This document shows positions 23,129-34,982 of a stretch of DNA of 64,000 bases, one piece after another. The notes beneath the pieces were generated by a model that was not told the DNA's origin, did not search any database, and was given only the letters and a program-made list of their open reading frames with translations. The stretch comes from Trypanosoma brucei (lineage: Eukaryota), in assembly GCA_000002445.1 (NCBI GenBank), contig CH464491.1:4992001-5056000 (forward strand). Direction: 5' to 3'. Numbering within the stretch: the stretch's first letter is position 1; the number at the start of each line of letters is the position of its first letter. The translations under genes and the position numbers were made by a program.

Positions 23129-24700
23129 TTAAAACAGCAAGGCCATAAAAGCAGCAGAAACCATGCTGAGGGCGAAGTTTTTATGGACAAGAAAACTGGA
23201 ATCTTTGCATTTTTCTTCTATCCAGCCACAGACAGGTTTGTCCTTTCCTTTGTTTTCCTTTTCACAGTCCTCTTTTTTATTGTGTTTTGTACATCTGTCT
23301 GAGGCAGCTGATGTTGCTCCAGTTTGAGTTTGTGGCAAAGAACCTCCACTTTTTGAGGCTTTTGTTTCATTAAATTTGCACTTTTCAGTTGTGTCTTTTT
23401 CTGTTTCGTTATAACTGCATATCGGGTTCGCAGTACATGTCACGGCATCTATTAGCTTACTGCAAGTGTTGTCCGCCCCTTCTTTCGTCTCACTACACAC
23501 CCCTTTCTCTTTTAGCTGGCCCACAACTTCTGTTAGGTCCGCCGCCTTTTTGGTAGTGTAGTAATTTAGTGCCCGGGCCAATCCCTCTAGGTCACGTAGC
23601 TGTCCTAGCTTGGTCTGTGGTTTTCCTGACACCGCCTCTTCGATATTTATCGCATCCAATTTTCCCCAGAACCTTGCTGTGAACTCGCTTTGCTGTGCGC
23701 CGTAGACACTTGCGATCTTTTCACTTACTGCTGCGTCTTCGCTTGGTTTGTACTGTTCCGCATTGTTTAGTAGGTGTCTCTTGACTGCTTTTTTGAATGC
23801 TGCGTTTGTTTTAAGCCCCTCTAGCTGCTTGCCGTCTATTCCACTCATTACCAATGCTGTCGAAGGCTGGACTTCCTTGATGGCTTCCCATGCCTGCTTG
23901 TAGAGTCCTATCGCTGTGTGCTTGGCTTCTTCGGTGGAAGAACTGAATTTCGTTGCGTCCACATTGACGGGTGTCGAGTCCAAGTTATGAGATTTTGAGA
24001 ACCAGCCTCCAGCGAACGGGACGGTCTGCGCAACTTGTGTGCCTATCATAAGGCCGCCGCTTGCTCCTTTGAACAGGTTGCATTCTGTTCCTCAGGTTAG
24101 GCTGTCATCCACGACACCTTTGCCTGCTGTTAGCTGTGTGAAGCCGTCCGCCGTCAGTTCCGGTAAATCATTTTCCTGTTCGGTAAAGGTTGCGTGTTCG
24201 ACGCTGGGTGCATCGGCGTCTAAAGCGTTTATTGTTTGTTTGACGTTGTTTGCGTTGCCGCCCCCGCTGTTTGTTGATAGGCAGCCTTTACTTCCGCTGC
24301 CGGATGCAGCTGTCGTCACCTTGAAAAATTCGGCTATATGCCCGCGTAAAAACTCGCTGTGGGCTATTGCGGTTATGGCCGTGGTAGTCTTGGCTTCCGT
24401 CTCGGCTGCCTGCTGAGCTTGCAGGTGGCGCAGTGTTTCGGCTATTGCTGCCCACGCCCGCGCCTGTTCCGCATCTTGCTCCGCTTCCGCTGCTACTTCG
24501 GCCTGTGCAGCGTTTACTGCGAGGCTATTGATGTAGTTTATGTTTTGTTTGGCGATGGTTAGTATTCGCCCTGGCATTTTTTCAAGGGTTTTCGAGAAGT
24601 CTGCGAGCGGTTTCCACTTGTCCTTCCCGAGTGCGCCTTGACTGGCTGCCTGCCCTGCAGAAACCGTCATCAACGCACATAATGTCCACGTGGCAAGCAT
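23129..24700 (-). pseudogene. VSG: VSG (a-type), 524 codons in one frame with a single in-frame TGA
   Basis: ATG at 24698-24700. MLATWTLCALMTVSAGQAASQGALG... (ORF 24092-24700), TGA at 24092-24094, then the same frame continues ...GTRCQPFKGASGGLMIGTQVAQTVPFAGGW... to a complete C-terminal domain/GPI signal ...KPVCGWIEEKCKDSSFLVHKNFALSMVSAAFMALLF*. Confidence 0.85.
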
Positions 24701-25304
24701 TTTTTCAGCGCTCAGTCTGCTTCCGTCTGTATCTTGTCTTTGCTTGTAAGGTGGAAAGAAAAGAGATATGACAAAATGCTTTAAGTTGTTATACGAGAGT
24801 TAATTTCGTGACAGCTTATTTCCACGCAGCTGACCTAATATACGCACCGGTTGAAGATACTGCATCAATCGTGCGCATTTCTGAGGTTTGACCGCTAGAT
24901 TTTGGATCGTAGGTTGGTGTACACCTGTCCCTGTTGCAACCAAGTTTTATGCTTTTATGATGTACTTTTTTTTTGGTGGCTTACTTTTTTGCTTTCGACG
25001 CGTGTTGCGGCTTATTTTTAAGCCTATAGGTTTCAGTAGTAAAATAGGGAGGAAAATCCCAGCGACGTAAAATTCGGGCATTAGCAGCGCAAAATTCATG
25101 CAGTGAACACTAATAATTTGTAATTTAAGATCTTATCCACAGCATTATATATCCATATCTAAAACATTAAAAATTTATGATTCAAAAAAGCTTTTCTCAC
25201 GGTAATTGATAGGTTTCTTTTCAGTTCGGAATAACTAATTATAGTTTGTGTTTCTCTTCTCCGTGACTGTTTATTGTTTATGTTTCGTATTATTATGTAC
25301 TATT

Positions 25305-25325
25305 TCTGGTTAGGGTTAGGGTTCG
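25305..25325 (+). repeat. Interstitial telomeric repeat (TTAGGG), about 2.5 copies
   Basis: The plus strand reads GGTTAGGGTTAGGGTTCG. Confidence 0.7.
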
Positions 25326-26204
25326 TCAATCGTGATTTTTCCTAATGTCTTTTAGGTTCTTTTTCGCTATGTACTGCTTGCTGCTGGGATTCAATACAAA
25401 TTTTATATGATTTTTGTCATTTAAAAGGTTTTATACTTTGGGTAATTAGCAAATATAGAATTAGTGATGTGCTGTTTGTAATTTTATGCAGCTTTTAAAC
25501 ACCACATGTTGGCTTATATACCTTATTTTTAGTAATTTCTCAGTGTTTATTTTCTTTTCTCAACACTAATTTAATGACAGTACTTGTTTTAAACTCATAT
25601 TGCTACAATTACATAGTTTCCCACACATGTTAGCTATTAATACTATTCTTCATGAGAAAACATCAGCATCACCTCAGACCTACACAATCCCTTTTTTCCT
25701 ATTCCTTGTAACGCTTCTTCACAATTAGTCATCAAGGTCCACCACCATAACTAAAAACCACAGTCGCTCCGATCACTTCCACGGTAGCGCATTATCATTT
25801 TTGTTAAAAATATGAAGTCCAATCTCCTTCAGTGTCACTTCCTTCTTTGAATCTTCATGTTGCCATTTTTTCTGTTATTTTATCTCGCGTTTACAGATTT
25901 CTTCCTTTACTGCATATCTTACTTTATATAACATAACGATTTCAGTCTTCCTGTAAAAAAACACTCTGTCGCTACTTCAATGTCCCCTTTATCATCTTCT
26001 TGTGAATGAAAAATGCCCATATTTATGTTTTAGTTTGAAACTGCCCGTATACCATATCCATTTATATTTCTATGTCTGCCTTTATTCATCTCCTCTAATA
26101 TTTTTGCCGTGGTCTCACTCACTCACTCAAAAACGTATTTCCATTTCACTCTCTAAAATTATTTTGTGTGCTTCTTCTTTACCTTTCAGTCGCTCTGAAT
26201 TCAC

Positions 26205-26265
26205 AACTATTATTATAATATTTTTATATACACACTCACAACACTCTCTTATTATGATGAAAATT
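26205..26265 (-). repeat. 70-bp repeat (single truncated copy)
   Basis: TTATTATAATATTTTTATATACACACTCACAACACTCTCTTATTATGATG. Confidence 0.75.
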
Positions 26266-26518
26266 ACTGTTTATAAGCCTAATTGCATGTAATATACAGG
26301 AAAATAATATACTAAAGTGGAATAGCGCCAATGTTCAGACCCTTTTACCGTGCATATTTACTCCCATAGGCCACAATAATACCAAAGTTTCAAAATATTC
26401 ACATAATTTGCACATATCAATCACAAAGTGTTAAAATATACAAAATTTAAGCAATTTTAGGAAACTCTCTAAAAATAGCAAATTTCATACATTTTAAAAG
26501 ACTGAAAAAAAGTCTTAA

Positions 26519-27988
26519 CTATTTATAATAGTAAAACATACCAGAAAGAGGGGCCTTTTTAATGACAAAAGAATTGTTTCCTGTGGTGTTTGTTGTGGCT
26601 GGAGTTGTTGTATTTTTTGCAGCGTCTTCCTCGCATTTGTTTTCTCCATCATTATATTTGCAACCGTGTTTCTTGTTGCAATCATCTATGTTTGTTTCCT
26701 TTTCGCATATTGTTTCCTTCTCCTCGCCGCTGGTCGTGGTTATTTTTGCTTGATGGCGCTGAGCTCGATAAGCTTGCCCCTGAAAAAATGATAGGGCAGT
26801 TGCGAACTTAGTACCCTTGCTTAGAACCTCCATCGTCCCGGTGATAGTGGTGTCTGCAATTTTAACGGTTTTGTCTCCCTCCTTGAGCTTAGCGATGAAG
26901 TTTTTCTGTATCGCATCTGGTTCGGAGCCGTATTTTTTTTTCAGGGTCTATTCTGTTGCCTCGTCTGAAATCTCTGTTTCTTTAGTGGGCACTGTGTCGG
27001 TTAGTAGGGCCCCGGCGATGTATTTCATGTCGCGATCTCCTTTCAACTCCGCGATAGAGGCTGTCAAGACGGATGCTTTAGTCGTGATCTTGATTGCCCG
27101 CGCCTTGCATATCGTGTACCTGGTCGCCTCTGCCAATACTGTCATGTCGTCATCATTGGATGGGTTGTCGCCGCAGTTGGCGCCGCCAGGTCGGCCGCTT
27201 GCTATTGCCATTTCTTGTAGGTCCGTGTCTCCTGCGTTGCTGAACGAAAGTTCTGCCCAGACGCCACTGGCGGCCGACGCGGCTGGATTGCCGTCGTCGC
27301 CGCATTTGCCGTCTGTCGTCGCCTCACCCGTATCCGAGGCGACGTTTCCCTTTGCGTCTGCTGCTAATGTTAAAGCTCGCCTGCCTAGCATGGCGTCCTT
27401 TGTTAATTTTAGATGCGTCTCAGCAGATATTTGGCTTCCTGCCTCTTTCAGCGCGCCTTTGCTGCCGATTGATGCTTTGCATTTGTCTTTGGCGGCTGCT
27501 GTCGTCGCGATTTCTATCGTGCACCGCTCGGTACCTGCGCCGAATGTGTGTCTCCCCTGCGCGTAGCTTTTTTTGGTTCCGGGGAACGTCTGCTCTGGGT
27601 AACTGCTTTCGATCTGTAGCAGCTGGGCTGCTCTCTTCCGCAGCAGCCGAGCCACATCGAGCAGCTGTTTCTCGTTTTGTTGAATGCTCGCCGTAACAGC
27701 GTTTGATCTGGCTGCTGCTAGCGCCGCTAGCGCTGAAAAACCTACGGCCCTTTTTGGCTCAGTTGCGGCTGCTGCAGCCAGCGTCAGCTCGGCCCATTCG
27801 TCGTTTAGTGCATCTCTGCTTCTGACGGCGGAGGCCAGTTCACTTTCGAGGGATTCAGCTAGCAGCTTCGTGAATTCTGCTTCGCTACATCTGTCGTCGA
27901 CGGCCTGGGCAGCTGTCCCCGTGGGCTTCCCAGCGCCGCTGCTGCCTGCTAGCACTAAAAACGCTATCATGTACAGAGTTGCTTTCAT
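26519..27988 (-). pseudogene. VSG: VSG, 490 codons in one frame with a single in-frame TAG and a degenerate GPI signal
   Basis: ATG at 27986-27988, MKATLYMIAFLVLAGSSGAGKP... (ORF 26948-27988), TAG at 26948-26950, then the same frame runs on to ORF 26519-26833 (C-terminal domain ...KKHGCKYNDGENKCEEDAAKNTTTPATTNTTGNNSFVIKKAPLSGMFYYYK*). Confidence 0.8.
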
Positions 27989-29147
27989 ATTACTTTATGC
28001 CACCGCGCTAGTCCACAGTGTTTTTTGTTTTTTTGGCCTTGTGGTTGACTAGTGCATAAAGAGGGATTTTGAAGATGTCACGTTTATTTGGCGCAAAGTA
28101 AAGGGTTATCGGCGTGGTGCCTCTGTTATTTCCACAGTTGTTCGGCTTTTGCTTTTCTGCTGGACTGCTTCTCCTCTGCGTGCTACAGCATCCGCCTAGC
28201 TTTATAGAAAGGCTCCTTTTTAATGCTAGCCTCCTTTCCTCCCGCTCCTAACACCATGCCATTTTTCATTCGTTAGACGCTGGTAGTCCATCGGCTGGTA
28301 AACAGTGATGAGCCTCTCTTCTTTTAGTTTTGGAGGCCCGCCATGTTTTAGTTTGTTTTTTCTCTTTCACACGAGCAAACCAGATGTTTACTTTGTTGCT
28401 TTAGCTACCCCAAGTATTCTTTCCAATAGCGATGATCGCGGCAATTCGTTCCTATATACAAACTCGGGCACCGATTGTGCGGTGTCTTTTATCCACTTTT
28501 TTTTTGTAAAGGTGAACCCTTTGCCTGCCACCTGATTTCATCGCCTACACTTTTCCACTACCTCCTGTGCTAGCGCAGCTGTTAGCCCTTCACAATATAG
28601 TTGTAGATTCGGCACTTACCAGGAGAGTGGACGAATTATAACTCGGTTGCTTTGTCAGTTCTTATAATGACTCGCCTGCTTCTTGTTAGAACCGCGCTTT
28701 CTGACTAATACTTTTTTTTGTGGCTGCATTCTCGGTAAAAGACTGTTGTGCGTCCATGACATTGCCTTAGATGTAATTCACATTTAAAAAAGTCCTGATA
28801 TCATATTGGTTATGGTACACCTAGTCGCCTTCTACTTGAACTTCTTGTTTGCGTTAGTTGCATTGTTCCTATTTTGACTCTATACCGCGATCTCTCCTTT
28901 CCTTATTCTTCCCTTCGTGATTTCACTGTCTTTAATTGTGCCCATTGTCATGTTTCTGTTTGAACTAACACCTATTTTATCTCCATTTATCTGTATTTCC
29001 ACCTATCCTTTAATAATATTCCACATGTTCTTTATCTATCTCACTTCCTCTCACATCCACTAACATGCTCCGTTCACACGCTCACCATTGTTTCAACGGT
29101 CTTTGAATCTTATGAGTATTCAATCATTGGTACCACTACCCTTACAA

Positions 29148-29265
29148 AAATATTCGTACATACACACTTTCATAACACAGCCCTGTTATTATCATTATTA
29201 TCATTATTACAATTATTACTGCTCTTATTATAATATTCGTAAATACACACTCACAACAATCTTCG

Positions 29266-29322
<57 letters not shown>

Positions 29323-29330
29323 ACCCCAGC
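29148..29330 (-). repeat. 70-bp repeat tract (2 copies, long TAA run)
   Basis: AAATATTCGTACATACACACTTTCATAACAC... and TATAATATTCGTAAATACACACTCACAACAATCTTCG followed by (ATT)n. Confidence 0.85.
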
Positions 29331-29593
29331 TACTAACCAAAAACAAAATCAAATTAGAATGTTACTCATTTTTTGTACCATATCAGCCTACTTCCTAACA
29401 ATGACATGCCACTTTAATACCAAATTTTTACATTTTGTAGTCCTTAAATTTTATTAAATTTTTTATTCTTTCAAAGAAGTGTGAAAATACATCAAAAATT
29501 AAAAATTTCACTAAATTTATTTATTATAGTAAATTATCTTTAAATAGTAATATTTCATAAATTTTATTAATTTGACCAAGAATTCTTAAAAAG

Positions 29594-31183
29594 CTAGATT
29601 TCCATAAAACTCACAAAAGCTGCGGCAATCAGAGCAATTTTCTTATTTACAAGAAAACTGGAAGAGCAGCACTCCGGCTTGGGAAGCTTTCCAGTACCAT
29701 CAACAAAATCAATCCGTCCACATACTGCTTTTTGACCAGGCTTTACATCCTTGTTTTCCGCTTCACAGGCTTGCTGGGTTTGGTGTTTACTGCAATCTAC
29801 CCCTGTAGTTGTCTCTCCTGCTCCTGTTCCTGCTGTTTTTGTCTGCTCTTCTCCCTCTTTAGGTTTGCAGTCCCCTTTGCTTTTGTCAGTGCTATTACAC
29901 TTGCATCCATCGCTTTCTTTGCAGTCTACTTTCTTTAGTTTTTTACCGCAGTCTGCTGGGGCGGTGGCTGTTTGTTTATTGCTTGCTTCGGATATCGTCG
30001 CTACCATTTTGCCATAGGCTGCGCTGACATGCTGTTCATAAAAGGCTCTGATTGCGATTAGTTTGTCTTCGTCGTTTACTGCCGCTAGTGTCTGGTCAGT
30101 TTCCAGTCCTGCTACGCCGGCTGGTATCGTTGCTTGGTTTACAGCGTCTTCGTAGTCTTGCAGTTTCTTTGCTTCTTTTCCTTGAAATATTTCTATGACC
30201 TTGTCTTCTAGGTTGGTTCCGGTTATGGGCGGCTTGGTGCTGTAAACGGCTTGCAAAACTTGTGTCATGTCCGGCCTGCTGTGAATTTCTCCAGTTTCGT
30301 TGATATAGGGGCTATTTGTGTGTCTCGGCCTCGCCATAATGGCGGCATGCGCCGTTGTCCAGCTTGTGTGCTTGTTGCCTTCGCTTGTGTGTGCTTTGTT
30401 GTGTGGCGCTACGTCTACCTCAGCGTCGGTGGTTTTAATTGTTATGTATCCTCCGAGAATTTCGTGGTCGGTGCTGATCGCTGCCTGTGTCTCTCCGAAG
30501 CCTTGTTTTTGTACTGAACTTAGCAGGTTGCATTTTTTGGTCCCGCCAGCGACCTGTTTTGCGTTGAGTCCCGACACATCTGTTTTTAGCATGGTAAAGC
30601 CGGCCTCTGTTATACCGCTTAATTCGGCTGCCTTGTTTTTAGCTGACGGCGCCGACAGTGGGCAGTCGACGTCGCCGAGTTTCCCCTCTGTTTTGACTGG
30701 TTTGCTGCCGGCTGCGTTGGTTACAGCTAGAAAAAGGTTGTTTGTGTTATCCACAGCTGCCAGTAAATGAAGTGGGTCGTCTATTCTGCCTTGAAGGTAC
30801 GCCGCTTTGGCTGCCGCGTCGGTTGCCTTTTCGGTGTCTGTCGTTTCAAGCGTTGCAAGCATCTGATTGTGCATACGGCCGAAATACGCCGCCATTACCG
30901 CTGCTCTCTTGGCCAATTCTGTTCCTGCATGCCTTAGCCCGAATATTTGTGCTTTCAGTTCGCCACGCCGCATCGTCTTCGCTTTTTGTAGGATCTATGT
31001 CAATTCGTGCGTCATCGTCCCGGGAACTTTGTTCAGCTCTGCCGTCGCTTTGCATATGCTCTGCCAGAGGCTTTTGTCCAATGGTGATTGACTAGCGGGT
31101 TGTACATGAGGCGGCGATACGGCTAGCAGTAACAATGAACAAAGCATGGCTCCGTTCAGGTTCGTTGTCCTTTTTGTCATCTT
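29594..31183 (-). pseudogene. VSG: VSG (b-type), one frame with a single in-frame TAG
   Basis: MTKRTTNLNGAMLCSLLLLAVSPPHVQPASQSPLDKSLWQSICKATAELNK... (inside ORF 30995-31378), TAG at 30995-30997, then the same frame continues as ORF 29594-30973 (459 aa) to the C-terminal domain/GPI ...KAVCGRIDFVDGTGKLPKPECCSSSFLVNKKIALIAAAFVSFMEI*. Confidence 0.8.
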
Positions 31184-33554
31184 CTTTTGATGGCTAGCTT
31201 TTCTATGTTTCTTGGCTCCTTTTTTCTCTGTTCTATTGTGAGATGTGATGTTCGGTGATGCTTCTGGTGCGTTTGCTGCGAGGTTATTGCCGTAATTTTT
31301 GCATTCTTTCCTTCGCTGCTGCAGCTTCAACGACTGTATACCTGTATAAAATTTAACAAAGAAAGCGAAAATTTCCATTTACGTCATGCCACCATTTCGG
31401 AATTGGCCTGTGACGCTTCGTTTCTTAGGACACACACACGTATCTACAGCTTTCAAGCCAAAATTCCTGCGATGGCTGTTGTGCTTAAGGAATGTGTTCA
31501 ATAAGACCTATTGATTTCAAAATTACTCTTAATAAGTTCCGCTTTTCCAGGTCTAACTAGCCGCTTAAAAGAGCACAGTCGACCATTGAAAATTCCTTCC
31601 CCTGTCCATTCAGTTAACATCTTGATCTGTCACCGGAATAAAAAACGCAGTCTCTACAATATTAGGCTTTTCATCGGTCTATTTTTCGTCAACTATAGAC
31701 CACAATCTATTCGTATCATTTTTTCTGTTTTCGCTGTGTCTTTCCATGCTCTGTGCTTTCATTCTAAATTATATTTTATTCATTATTCACTTTGGGCATA
31801 AACATCCTGAGCGTAGGAAGGAGTTTTTTCGCTACTTTCATAATATTTCCTTACATTTGGAACTTAGATTGTCCCATTTTCTTACAGCTTCGCTATTTGA
31901 CTCTGCGTTATGCTCGTGCTTATTGGATTATTATGAACTTAAAAATAGAAAAATCTGTAAGTGGAATCAAATGTTGTTTAAGAATTTTTTCTTTGCTGTT
32001 TACCACTTAGAATATTGTAGGAAATACCAGTTCTTGAATGCCATATGATTTGTAATCTTCTAATTCTTGCGTTTGAACTGTCCTGCTTCACCTGTACATG
32101 AATGAATATGGAAAATAACTAAATACTTGCTTCTTTCTAATGACTTTGATAATTTGACGAAGTTTAAGAAATAGGTTTCCTGGCCACTTATTCACCACTT
32201 TGAGACGAAATAAATCTATTATTAATGCCCTTCTTTCACTGCTCTAATAGTTTTCAGCTTTTGTTTGTCTGTCTAAATTTTTGTTCCTTTATGCACTTTG
32301 TGCAAGGTTATATGAAACCATCACCTACTTGGTTTGTCATTGCATGTACCTTGGAGAAGTTAAATCTGGTGAGAGACAAACCTTAAGACGAGATTCTGGT
32401 CTTTGTTAGCTTAGTTGTCAGTGTTAAATTGCTTGGTATCGATGACAGTATTTTAAGTACAAATAACGAATTCTTCAAATAGTTTTTGAGGGAATGTTGG
32501 TAGTTTCGGTTTTGGGTAACTTCAATTTATACTACTTTTATATGACAGTGCCTATATTTCCACTTTATACAACCGCATGTTGTAACAATTTATTAACTAC
32601 GTTAATTATCACATGTAAATTGTCACTTTATTTGGTTTTGTTTGTCTTATGTTCAACTTGTGTAAAGTTCAATCTTACCATATAAAACTATGGTCACCAT
32701 GACAATTTAAAGCCTAAATTATGCTTCTGACAATTTCTTACATTCAACATCAACCTATATCGTTTTATATCTATTCTATATATACTTTCCAACCGCGACT
32801 ACATCCCTGAAAATATTAAAAGTACTGCATGTTTTGATGCATATAAAACACTTAACACCTATGTGTTGCAGTGGCTTCTATTTTTTGTTAATTCTAAGGC
32901 TTTAGTTTACTTGTGAAAAAAGTAACGCCTTTGGATATTAAATGTACACTTTTTGGATTTTCTTTGTTAAATCTTCGTTCATCTTTGCTTGACATTGTTT
33001 TAATCATGAAAGTTGGATACTGGAACCGCCTTTATTGTTGCTTTTGTTTTATTATTTTTCTCCCTTAGTCGTGTACAAGCAACAACTTATATATTGATTA
33101 TTTTTTATTGAAAGGTCTTAATATTTTGCAAGCATCACAATAAGGAATTAGAGGTCCATCTACAATACTTTTTTAACTTTATAGAGATCTTCCGTGGTTT
33201 CATATGCGGACTTTATTATTCTGGCCACGTCGGTCTTTACTGAGTGTGCCGTTAGCTGCATCTCTTTTTTCTGACTTCGCATGAGCTGCAGTAGCTGCAG
33301 CTTTTTTCACCATTGCGCTGTGCCGGTTTATGATAACTGCCTCCATATTCTTTCCTACAAAAGCTCCTTCTGCATTTCTACGTTTCGTATTGCTTGAAAT
33401 CTGTCCTTCCTTTTCATTTAAATTTATAACTATATTCCTCTCCTGCCATGCTAATTCGTTCTCACTCCCTTATTCTTATTACACCATTCCATTGCTTAAC
33501 GTGCTTCTATTTTGAGCTTTTAATTGGTTCTAACCACCAAACTTATCATAAAAG

Positions 33555-33690
33555 TTTTCGATACACACTCACATCCCACTCTTATCATTATTATTAGCAT
33601 CACCATTACTATTGTTATCATCAGTCCGCTCATTATAATATTTGTATATACACACTCACAACACTCTTCTATTATTATTATTACTACTAT
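33555..33690 (-). repeat. 70-bp repeat tract (2 copies)
   Basis: ...TTTTCGATACACACTCACATCCCACTCTTATCATTATTATT and ...TATAATATTTGTATATACACACTCACAACACTCTTCTATTATTATT. Confidence 0.85.
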
Positions 33691-33842
33691 ATCCTTAAGA
33701 AATATGCATCAAATAAATAATATTAACCAAAATCAAAAATGATAAATAGCATTTATTTTCAAAACACTATTACCCCATAATTTGCACACATAAAACACTG
33801 TCACACACATATTGCCAAAAATTTACAAATTTCATCAAAAAG

Positions 33843-33858
33843 TGTTAAAATATATAAA
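33843..33858 (-). promoter_or_regulatory. VSG 3'UTR 16-mer (one mismatch)
   Basis: Plus strand GTGTTAAAATATATAA. Confidence 0.6.
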
Positions 33859-33904
33859 ATATTAGGAGTTTTATCCAAATATCAAATTAAATAAATTATC
33901 TTAT

Positions 33905-34265
33905 AATCGTTATAGTGCTATAAAATTCATAAAGACAACATCTATGAAAGCCAATTTTTTATTAAAAAGGAAACTGCCATTTCGGCTCTTTTCTCTTTCT
34001 TAGTCATATTCACCCTATTTGCCTTTTTTCCAGCCGCAATTCTTTTTATCATCCTTTGTTTTCGTCCTCACAAGCTTGTTGATTAGTGCCACGTTGGGTA
34101 CCCTTTTCTTTTCTTCCCATATTTTCCTTCTCCTTTTCCTGCTTTGTCTGCTTTTTCTGTTTCCTTTTTGCCTTCCTCACTCAATGTGCACTTTTCACCA
34201 TCTTTGCCATCTTTGTTAAAAACACGCCCCTGGAAGTTTAGCGGCACTAGCTTTCGGATGCCAGC
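33905..34265 (-). pseudogene. VSG: Orphan VSG C-terminal domain/GPI-signal remnant (paralog of 22310-22650)
   Basis: The minus strand encodes a Lys/Glu-rich Cys-containing C-terminal domain and the GPI-like tail SFLINKKLAFIDVVFMNFIAL*. It shares the KMG..LPTRIR motif region with 22401-22643. Confidence 0.55.
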
Positions 34266-34524
34266 GGCAGATGAGGCAGTCGTTCCTTAACTACCAAATG
34301 TGATAATCTCCTGCTTTAAAATAACCCTATTTTTACATTATTTCCTTTTGAAAGCAAATTGTTTTGTGCAACGAAACTGCCACGCGCCAGCGCTTTTTAA
34401 AAAATTTTAAAGCCGTGCTCAGCGCAAAATTCAGAGCTGAAATTCACATAAACGAAAAAAATTTTCAAAATGTGATAGCGAGGTATAGACTAAGAATACA
34501 AAGACGAAGATTCTTGAAGTTTGA

Positions 34525-34815
34525 AGAAGGTTTAGGGTTTACGTAAAAAAGAGCCGCTGATTCATTAAAAAAGTGGCGAATTAAAAAAAATTAATTAAAA
34601 AATTAATAACCCTAACCCTAACACTTTTTAGCCTATTTTTCTTTCTTCCTTTTTTATTTCATTTTTAATAGAACTTTGAGAATCAATTACAAAATTCCCT
34701 AAAAGTTTTGATTCTTTTTAAAAATTTAAAAAAAAATAAAAAATAAAGAAGATCAAAAAAATAATCCAAAATTTGTGAAAACTCAATAATAAAAAACCTA
34801 ACCCTAAAAGTTCAA
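34525..34815. repeat. Cluster of degenerate telomere-like hexamer repeats in both orientations within a VSG 3' flank
   Basis: The plus strand shows GGTTTAGGGTTTACG (34527-34541), AATAACCCTAACCCTAACAC (34605-34623) and AACCTAACCCTAAAAG (34794-34812). Confidence 0.6.
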
Positions 34816-34908
34816 AACATTCAAAAATAAAAAAATGAGAAATTTTTTAGCTATCAGAAATTTTTTTTACAGAATCAGACAACCAAAAAAATTCTCGGTC
34901 GAATTTAG

Positions 34909-34924
34909 GTGTTAAAATATATCA
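34909..34924 (-). promoter_or_regulatory. VSG 3'UTR 16-mer (perfect)
   Basis: Plus strand GTGTTAAAATATATCA, 59 nt downstream of the stop at 34983. Confidence 0.85.
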
Positions 34925-34982
34925 GAAGTTTTCAAGTAGCAAAAATTTCTTTAAAAAATTGAGGGGGGGGGGTGAATTTGTT

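Noticed and set aside
26817..27566. Long plus-strand ORFs (for example 26817-27566, 35617-36147, 2866-3366, 13891-14502, 43121-43564)
   Set aside because: They lie antisense to minus-strand VSG coding sequence. They have no VSG or other recognisable features and are Ala/Ser/Leu-rich, typical of antisense GC-rich codons. They are artefacts of the sense-strand codon bias.
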